In this document: in pieces, positions 55,165 to 64,000 of the stretch | How positions within the stretch are numbered: the stretch's first letter is position 1 | Layout of the letters: each line of letters begins with the position of its first letter | Assembly (NCBI GenBank): GCA_951406725.2 | Contig: OX597816.1 | Coordinates: 141,980,001 to 142,044,000 of the forward strand | Direction of reading: 5' to 3' | Length of the DNA stretch: 64,000 bases | From: Octopus vulgaris | Taxonomy: Eukaryota | The notes under the pieces: generated by a model | What the model was told of the DNA's origin: nothing | The model's input: only the letters and a program-made list of their open reading frames with translations | Database searches by the model: none | Program-made: the position numbers and the translations under genes

Positions 55165-55866
55165 TTTTATCTTGTATTTGCTTCCATCATTTGACTGTGG
55201 CCATGCTGGGGCACTCCTTCAAAGAATTTTTTTTAGTCAAATGAATCAACCCCAGTACTTATTTTTTGTTAAACCAGTCTCTATTCGCCAATCCACCAAG
55301 TTACAGGCGTGTAAACACACAAACACCGGTTGTCAAGCAGTAGTAGGGGTCAAACGCACACACACACACACTCACATACAACAGGCGTATTTCAGTTTCT
55401 GTTAGCCAAAAACCAACTCACAAGGCTTTGGTTGGCTCAAGGTGCCACACTGTGGGACTGAACCTGGAACTATGTGGTTGGGAAGTAAACTTCTTACCAC
55501 ACAGCCATGCCTGTGTCTGTTTACTTATTATTATTATTTCATTTTCTGCACTGAATATAGAGCATAAAGGTTCTGCCAGCACCTAGCTTACATGCCAATG
55601 AAAATAAATTTCCAAACAATATTAGGGTGTTGAATCCTTGCTCTTTGCAAAGATCCATGGTGTTGTGACATTACAGCCATCTGATAATTGGTAGGCATGA
55701 GGTTTGATTCCCCAAAGTTGGTTTTGCCTAATTTTTTCCATCAGAGGAATATTTTACCTGATATATTATTAACTATTATTTATAGCTGCATTAACATTTG
55801 AACAGCTTCATCAAAAGACATAAGTGTTTGTGTATGTGCGTGCACACATATATATGTGTAAATATA

Positions 55867-55912
<46 letters not shown>

Positions 55913-56409
55913 AGCAGGAGTGGCTGTGTGGTAAGTAGCTTGCTTACCAACCACATGGTTCCAGTTCATCCCACTGCCTGTCACCTTGGGCAACTGTCTT
56001 CTACTATAGCCTTGGGTCGACTAAAGCCTTAAGTCTTGTGAGTGGGTTTAATAGATGGAAACTAAAAGATACAAATGAGCGTGTGTTTGTGTGTCAATGT
56101 TTGCACCTCCATCATCGTTAACAACCGATGTTGGTGTGTTTACATCCCTGTAACTTAGCAGTTTGCCAAAAAAAAAAGCAATAGAATAAGCACTAAGATT
56201 ACAAAGAATAAGTCCTGGGGTCGATTTGTTTGACTGAAAGGCAGTACTGCCATAGTCAAATGAATGGAACAAAAAAAAGAATAAAGGAATAAAAGAATAT
56301 ACGTATATATATATATATATACATATATATATGCATATAGATATGTATATATATATGCATATACATACATAAATATATATATATATATATATATATGTAA
56401 GTGTATGTA

Positions 56410-56445
<36 letters not shown>

Positions 56446-56516
56446 AGTGTATGTATGTGCATATATATATATATATTATATATATATATATGTGTGTGTG
56501 TGTGTGCATATGTATG

Positions 56517-56561
<45 letters not shown>

Positions 56562-56950
56562 TTTACTCTTTTACTTGTTTCAGTTATTTGACTGTGGCCA
56601 TGCTGGAGCACCACCTTTAGTCAAACAAATCAACCCCAGAACTTATTCTTATAGTCTCTTTTGCTGAACTGCTAAGTTACGGAGATGTAAATACACAAAC
56701 ATCAGTTGTCAAGCAGTGGAGGAGGAACAAACACAGGCACACAAATACATATATATATATATATATATACATATATACACACACACATGACGGGCATCTT
56801 TCAGTTTCCATCTACCAAATCCACTCACAAGGCATTGGTCGACCTGAGGTTTTAGTAGAAGACACTTGTTCAAGGTGCAACACAGTGGGACTGAACCCAG
56901 AACCATGTTGTTGGGCAGCATGCTTCTTACCGTACAGTCACTCCTGCATA
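55165..56950. mobile_element. Three SINE family A copies in alternating orientation (55165-55515 -, 55912-56295 +, 56560-56950 -)
   Basis: Each matches 27361-27770. Confidence 0.85.
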
Positions 56951-57093
56951 CATATGAGTGTGTGTGTGTGTATATATATAATTGCAGTGTGGAAGGTGTT
57001 TATAAGCCATTTAAGAAACACCTTCCATGCTACAATTGTTTTCGTTCCAGCACACGATCTCAGATCAAGTCACTCGCTATGCAAGTACATCTC

Positions 57094-57142
<49 letters not shown>

Positions 57143-57310
57143 AAAGTTTGTTTGTGAAAGCACGTGGGTGAATATATAAGAAAATAGTAAAGAGTGAAAA
57201 AACGACAGAAGGCTTAAATGTTAAAGAATATATATATTTGCGTCAATATGTCTGGAGAATATTGGAAAAATTTTTTCCCTTCTTATAATGACATAATTTT
57301 ATAATTTTTA

Positions 57311-57349
57311 AAGAAAGACCGGTTTCGCATTTAGCTCTTCAAATTTCTT
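57311..57349 (-). ncRNA. Minimal hammerhead-like motif (left arm)
   Basis: Reverse complement of 57535-57573. Confidence 0.55.
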
Positions 57350-57534
57350 GCGACGTAATGTTTATCTTTAATAGCGTTATCCTTGTTTTTTTGCTACGGA
57401 GAGTTCTCCGGAGAGAACTCTCCGTAGCAAAAAAACAAGGATAACGCTATTAAAGATAAACATTACGTCGCAAGAGAGAACTCTCCGTAGCAAAAAAACA
57501 AGGATAACGCTATTAAAGATAAACATTACGTCGC

Positions 57535-57573
57535 AAGAAATTTGAAGAGCTAAATGCGAAACCGGTCTTTCTT
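57535..57573 (+). ncRNA. Minimal hammerhead-like motif (right arm)
   Basis: AAGAAA-t-TTGAAGA-GC taaat GC-GAAA-CCGG-TC-TTTCTT; U at position 3 instead of C; palindromic ACCGGT stem III. Confidence 0.55.
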
Positions 57574-57706
57574 TAAAAATTATAAAATTATGTCATTATA
57601 AGAAGGGAAAAAAATTTTTCCAATATTCTCCAGACATATTGACGCAAATATATATATTCTTTAACATTTAAGCCTTCTGTCGTTTTTTCACTCTTTACTA
57701 TTTTCT

Positions 57707-57740
<34 letters not shown>

Positions 57741-58096
57741 TATATACATATATATATATATACACATATACATATATAACAAACCAGGAAAATGGGAACG
57801 TTTTTGGTATTTTTTAATAATAATACCAAAAATTTCCATTTTCCTGCTTTGTTGTATGCTAATTCTGCCAATAATATTACCATAATTCACAATTTTAATA
57901 TGTATATTAATTAACATAAAACAGTAACTATGGATACATATTGATTATAATAATGGAATAAGGAGATGCACTTCTATGGGAAACAACTGGGATTTACCCT
58001 AACTAATGATATAATGTATTTTTTTATTTTATTTTATTTTATCTAGTTTCAGCTCACGAGCTGTGGCCATGCTGGGGCACCACCATGTATGTATGA

Positions 58097-58149
<53 letters not shown>

Positions 58150-58242
58150 TTAATCCAAACGGGAAAACAGAAAAAACAACAACACGTGGAACAATTACAG
58201 TATTATTATTATTAGGCACTCAGGAAAATGGAAGAAGGAGGG

Positions 58243-58275
58243 TATGACGTTTCGAGCGTAGCTCTTCGTCGGAAA
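58243..58275 (-). ncRNA. Minimal hammerhead-like motif in a short PLE-type terminus (58148-58350)
   Basis: Minus strand CCGACGA-A-GAGC tac GCTC-GAAA-CG-TC; U4 replaced by C and stem I poor. Confidence 0.5.
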
Positions 58276-58838
58276 CATAGGAGAAAGAAAGATCCCGAGA
58301 CGGGAGGACAGAGGAAAAAAAAAATTGCAGGTAGTCTTCACGAGGTCACATGTATATATATATATATATACATACATGTATATATATATATATCATCAAT
58401 GTATCATACATCCAAAAAGAAGCACACTCTACAGCACGGAGCAGTAAAGTATTAAAGAGTATTCCTGCCTCTCAGAGGGGAAGAGTTACATTTATCTTCG
58501 GCTTTAGAATCTGATGTAAAATCATTGGTCCCTCTATGACTGGATATTAACTTTATTACTTTTATATATACATATAAGTTGAGGTGTGACTGTGTGATAA
58601 GAAGTTTGCTTCCTACTCACAGTGAGATTGAACTTGGAACTTTATGGCTGGGAAGCAGTGGTAAGGTACACACACACACACTGCTTGACAATCAATGTAG
58701 ATTTGTGTACACACCGCTAACATAGTGGTTTGGCAAACAGTGACCAATAGAATTAGTACAAAGGGTTGATTTGTTTGACTAAACCCCTAAACTCTTCAAG
58801 GGAGTGCCCTAACATGCCCAGTCCAATGATTGAAACAA

Positions 58839-58879
<41 letters not shown>

Positions 58880-58883
<4 letters not shown>

Positions 58884-59645
58884 TATCTTTTACTTGTTTC
58901 AGTTATTTGGCTGCAGCCATGCTGGGGCACTACCCTGAAGGGTTTTAGTCAAACAAATCAACTCCAGGGCTCATTTTTTTAAAGCCTAGTACTTATTCTA
59001 TCGGTCACTTTGCCAAACCACTAAGTTATGGGAACATTGACACACCAACACCAGTTGTGAAGCAATCGTAGAGAACAAACACAAACTCAAAGACCCACAC
59101 ATCATCATCATCATCATCATCGTTTAATGTCCGCTTTCCATGCTAGCATGGGTTGGACGATTTGACTGGGGACTGGCAGCCCAGATGGCTGCACCAGGCT
59201 CCAATCTGATCTGGCAGAGTTTCTACAGCTAGATGCTCTTCCTAACACCAACCACTCCAAGAGTGTAGTGGATGCTTTTACATGCCACTGGTATGAGGGC
59301 CACTCAGGCGGTACTGGCAATGGCCATGCCCATATGGTGCTTTTTATGTGCCACCTGCACAGGAGCCAGTCCAGCGGTACTGGCAACGACCTCGCTCGAA
59401 TGTTTTTCACATGCCACCAGCACAAGTGCTAGTAAGGCGACGCAGATATATACATATACATGCATACATATATATATATATATGTATGTATATGATGGGT
59501 CTCTTCCAGTTTCCATCTACCAAATCCACTCAAAAGGCTTTGGTCAGTCCAAGGCTATGGTAGAAGACACTTGCCCAAGATGCCACAAGTGGCATTCTGC
59601 TCAGAACCATGTGGTTGGGAAGCAAGCTTCTCACCACACCTGCAC
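58880..59645 (-). mobile_element. SINE family A split by an RTE-tail insertion (59101-59445)
   Basis: SINE 3' half at 58880-59100 and 5' half at 59490-59645; the (CAT)n-tailed RTE fragment sits in its microsatellite tract. Confidence 0.8.
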
Positions 59646-59758
59646 CCAAATATATTTACATCCATCTATCACTCTCATCTAACACTCTTGCAGTCTTACC
59701 CACTCTTGGTGACTCTTCTATATTCATGCTCTCTTCAACTCATTCTTAAACATGTAAC

Positions 59759-62700
59759 TGTTGCGATAAGAGTTACGACACCTCCTTGTGAGAGATAGAC
59801 TGGTCCAAGTAAAGTATAAATAGTTATGATCTGAGTAATTTCAGAGTTCAGAGTCGAGTGAAATTCGTGTTAGTTCACAGTGAAGTCGGAAGATGTCGGT
59901 TGGTTAGTTCTCATGGAATATTTATTGTTGGTTTGTAAAGAGATTTATTAGTTCGTTACATTGTGGCTATTGTTGTCTGGTTATCTTATTTATTGTATGT
60001 AACAAATTATGTTACAGCAATGTGGCGACAAGGGTTTTGAAGCTGAAGTAGGTTATTTAACAATTTGTTCGTGATACAACTTGTTAAATAATGGCAGACC
60101 TATTAGCTTCCATAGTACAGTTGCAAAAGCAACAACAATAACTACAACAACAACAATTATTGGAGCTATATTCAAAGAAGTCCAAAAATGAGATAAGCTT
60201 GTTTTCACTAGACAGTGTTTTGAACTTGATTAGTGAATTCAGTTATAACCCAGAGGAGGGTATAACTTTCGCATCGTACTACAGAAGGTACAAGGAGATT
60301 TTTAAGCAAGATTGCAAATCATGGTCAGACGAACAAAAAGTGAGATTGTTATTGTGAAAATTATCTCCATTGGAGCATGAACATTACTGTAATTTCATAT
60401 TGCCCAAAAGACCCAATGAAATTTGTCTTAAAGAAACAATAGAATTACTGTCTAACATATTTGGTGATAAAACCTCTCTACTTAACACTCGAATGGGATG
60501 TTAGGATTTAGCAAAAAAGAGAATGATGATTTTATCATATATTGCAGGAACAGTTAGCAGGACATATGAAAGTTTTAAACTCAAAGAACTTACACCTGAG
60601 ATGTTCAAGCGTCTTATTTTCATAAAAGGCCTTATAGCAAGTGAAGATAGAGAAATTCAGGCAAGAATTCTTTCTAAATTGGAACAAGTGCACCAAGAAT
60701 TAACCATTCAGTCCATGATAGAAGAATGCCAAAGAAAAAGATTCCTCAAAAATACAGGTATGCTGACTGGAAAAGTACAACCAAAAAAGAACACCACATT
60801 CAAATCCATGTTATAGATATGGGGACATACATTTCAGAAAAGACTGTCCATTTAAAAATCAAAAATGTTACAGTTGCAAAAGAATTGGTCACAAGAGTTC
60901 ACACTGCAGGACAAAATTATGAAAATCCCAAAGTTTTCTCAGTAGAAGCAAAAATCAATTCCCAAATAATAAAATTCACATACATAAAAATAAATGGAAT
61001 AAGAATTAAACTTCAATGAGATACTGGAAGTGATATTTCAATAATAAATATGGACACATGGAAGAAAATAGGGAAACTTATGTTGAGAAAAATAGCGAAA
61101 TCTGCTTGTAGTATGATGGGTGACAAATTACATTTCATAGGCGAAATGTAGACTGATGTCACAATTCAAGGGAAAACATGCAAGGTGAAAGTCTTTGTTA
61201 TTAAAAATGCAACCAATCTGTTTGGTACTGATAGGTTAGAATTATTCGATTTATGGGACTTCCCCATAAATCTCTATCGTAAAAACATAAATGGTTGTTC
61301 CTCTAAAAATAATTTGTCTGAAGAGTTTAAAGAGAACATTTTTTTTTTTAATGTTTCTGCAAGTAATCTTGAACAAACTAGGTCTATGCACAAAGACTAA
61401 AGTGTGTTTTGAATTAGATGATAACGTTACACCTGTGTTCAAACCTAATAGGAAAGTGCCTTTTGTGGAAATAAAGCAAGTGGATGATGATTGGACGATG
61501 ATTGGAAAAAGTGGAATTGTTGAAAAAGTGGATTACACAAAATAGGCAGTTCCAACTGTACGTATAAAAAAGAAAAATAACAAAATTAAGTTGTGTGCTA
61601 ATTTTTCGACTGGTTTAAATCACTGTTTAAAAGTGAACCATTATCCATTACCAACCCCAGAACATATTTTTACAAAACTAAATGGAGGAAAAATATTTTC
61701 AAAACTCAATCTGTCTGATACATATTTACAAATCAAAGTAGGTAAAAAAAATGCTCAAAGCTGTTAATGGTTAACACACACAGAGGTCTATACATATACA
61801 ATAGACTACCTTTTGGCTTGAAGGTAGCACCTGAATATTTCAACAGGTGGTGGATGTGATGTTTGTAGACTGTCAATTTACCTGTCCTTACCTTGATAAT
61901 GTGTTAATCAAAAGCAAATTGTGGAATGAGCATATCGAACACGTAAAGTGTGTCTTTAAAAAAATTAAGGATTATGATTTCACATTCAGTGAAGAGAAGT
62001 GTGAAATTTTTTTTTTTTTTTTGCCTAAAATCAAATACCTAGATCAAATCATAGATAAGAATGGAAGACATCCTGACTTGTCAAAATCAGATGCAAGCAA
62101 GAATATGCCTCCTCCAACAAATATACCAACATTACAAGCTTTCCTTGGCCTAGTAAATGACTACCAATCGTAAATTCCAAATATACATAAACTGAAAGCA
62201 CCATTAAACGATTTACAAAAGAAATTAGTAAGATGGAATTGGTTAGTAAAGTGCCAAAATGCATTTGAAAACATAAAGAAAATATTAATTTCTTACTTGT
62301 TACTAGTGCATTTTGATCCTAGAATGGACATTGTTGTAGTATCTGATGCTTTGGAGTATGGAATAGGAGCAGTCTTGCTACACAAGTATAAAGATGGAAA
62401 TATGAAGCTAATAGTTCATGCTTCATATTCACTGATAGTAGTGAAAAAATGTATAGTCAGATAGAGGAGGCTCTATTAATTATTTTTGCAGTAAAAAAAT
62501 TTCACAAATTTCTACATGGTAAAAGTTTTTATTACAAACCAACCCTCGACCATTACTATCAATCTTTGGATAAAAGAAGGGACTGCCTACTCATACAGTG
62601 AACTGACTACAATTCAGGGGTTCAATATTGCTGAACTACAATTTTAAGATGCAGTATATTCCGTCAAAGAAAATGGATTATGCAGACTGCTTATCGAGGC

Positions 62701-63688
62701 TAATTCCCAAGAGCGTGGAACCACTAGAAGAGACCATGATAGCATCATTGCAGTCAGAAAAGGAAGTAAGAAGTATTGTGTGTAATATAATCCAGGAACT
62801 GTTGGTGACAGTGCATGATATAAAAATGAAATCCATAGAAGATAGTTACATTACAAGAATGAAAGAAACATTGAAAAAGAAGAATAATAAAAATACAAAT
62901 TCAAATAATTTCTCACTATGCAATGATGTGAGCATGGTGAGTAATACTACCAAGTGCACTACAGAATTACAAAAATGGTAAAGAAGGTTGGGAGGATGGC
63001 TGTGAAACCAAAAGATTTGGTAACATGATGTATTTAATTAAAGAAAATCGTTCAGAACATAAGAGACAACTTAACCATTTAAAGATGAGACATACAGAAG
63101 AATGAAGGGTGATACCAAAGGAAGTCTTCAATGATATGTTTTAAGTGCCAGCATCAAGAGATATTGAATCCCATAGAACAAGCTTCAGAAAACGAAAACA
63201 GACTGAATATCTGGAAGTAATACCTAAATGAAAAAGATATTAAATTTTCAAAAAAGGAACAAAAAAATACACAAATGCTTAGTACAATGAAAAAGGAAAG
63301 TGCTGTGTGCAACAAACAATACTACCTTGAATGTTGGGTAGCAATTAAGATACAACAGCTAAAAAAACGTGGGAGAGGTGCTGGAAAGGTAAAATAAAAG
63401 CAAAAAAAATTCCACTTTCTCACAGTAGCTGAAATCTCAAAAGTGGAGATGTTGTGATGAGAGTTACAACGCCCCCTTTTGAGAGTTAGACTGGTCTGAG
63501 TAAAGTATAAATAGTAACGATCTGAGTAAGTTCAGAGTTCGGAGTTGAGTGAAGTCAGAAGGTGTTGGTTGGTTAGTTCACAAGGAACATTGATTGTTGG
63601 TTTGTAAAGAGATTTGTTAGTTCATTACATTGTTTTTACTGTTGTCTTGTTATCTTATTTATTGTACATAACAAAATACATTACAATA
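59759..63688 (+). mobile_element. Gypsy (Mag/K02A2.6-like) LTR retrotransposon, degenerate, with both LTRs and a 5-bp TSD
   Basis: LTRs 59759-60019 and 63450-63688 (start TGTTG); TSD GTAAC at 59754-59758 and 63689-63693; PBS TGGCGACAAGG at 60023 (tRNA-Ser-like); PPT aaaagtggaga. Confidence 0.93.
60091..62980 (+). pseudogene. gag-pol remnant: Gag, zinc knuckles, protease, RT, RNase H; integrase largely missing
   Basis: FSYNPEEGITFASYYRRY, CYSCKRIGHKSSHC, DTGSD (61020), YNRLPFGLKVAPEYFQ, PYLDNVLI, LQAFLGLVN, SDALEYGIGAVL, ADCLSRL; multiple stops and frameshifts. Confidence 0.88.
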
Positions 63689-64000
63689 GTAACCTTGGGG
63701 GTATGTTCTGGGACCTTGTAATCACATTTACCTCTCTTTGAGGCACCACTCCAGCCACCTCCAACCATCCATGTAAAATGCAAAGCAGGTGTTTTTATTC
63801 ATATGCATCACTGTACCAGTTCAGTCTTCTCTCTTGCATACTACATCCAATTCCTGTTATACCCAGATTTTCTCTCAACACATTTGTACTTTGTCATTCA
63901 TGCACACTGATTTGCATATTAAATGGAGCATGCTAGCTTAATTTCTTTCTAGTCTTCACAAGTCCTCTGCATCCAATGCTCACATCTCACCACAATGTAA

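Larger units (their letters stand above)
57172..57713. repeat. Near-perfect palindrome (~237-bp arms) with a 63-bp tandem duplication beside the centre; PLE-terminus-like
   Basis: 57172-57408 is the reverse complement of 57476-57713 apart from one base in an A/T run; 57411-57473 is repeated at 57474-57536. Confidence 0.93.

Overview
AT-rich, repeat-dense animal DNA (intronic or intergenic). The repeat mix of tRNA-headed SINEs, RTE LINEs with (ATG)n tails and abundant (TA)n/(TACA)n suggests an octopus/cephalopod genome; this is inference. I recognise no host protein-coding gene, rRNA, true tRNA or CRISPR array, and most listed ORFs are microsatellite translations. Identifiable content: two 5'-truncated RTE LINEs (one with a C4HC3 PHD-type finger inside the RT and a tandem-hairpin 3' UTR whose fragments recur about a dozen times), two mariner relics, two Gypsy LTR elements, piggyBac- and pogo-type MITEs, a non-autonomous Helitron, R4/Dong and CRE relics, and three SINE families. 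The most notable signal is at least six separate Penelope-like (PLE) relics carrying hammerhead-ribozyme motifs. These include a near-perfect ~540-bp palindrome with a hammerhead motif on each strand, and a PLE that can be reassembled after removing nested RTE and Helitron insertions. All calls were made by eye; coordinates of degenerate elements are approximate.
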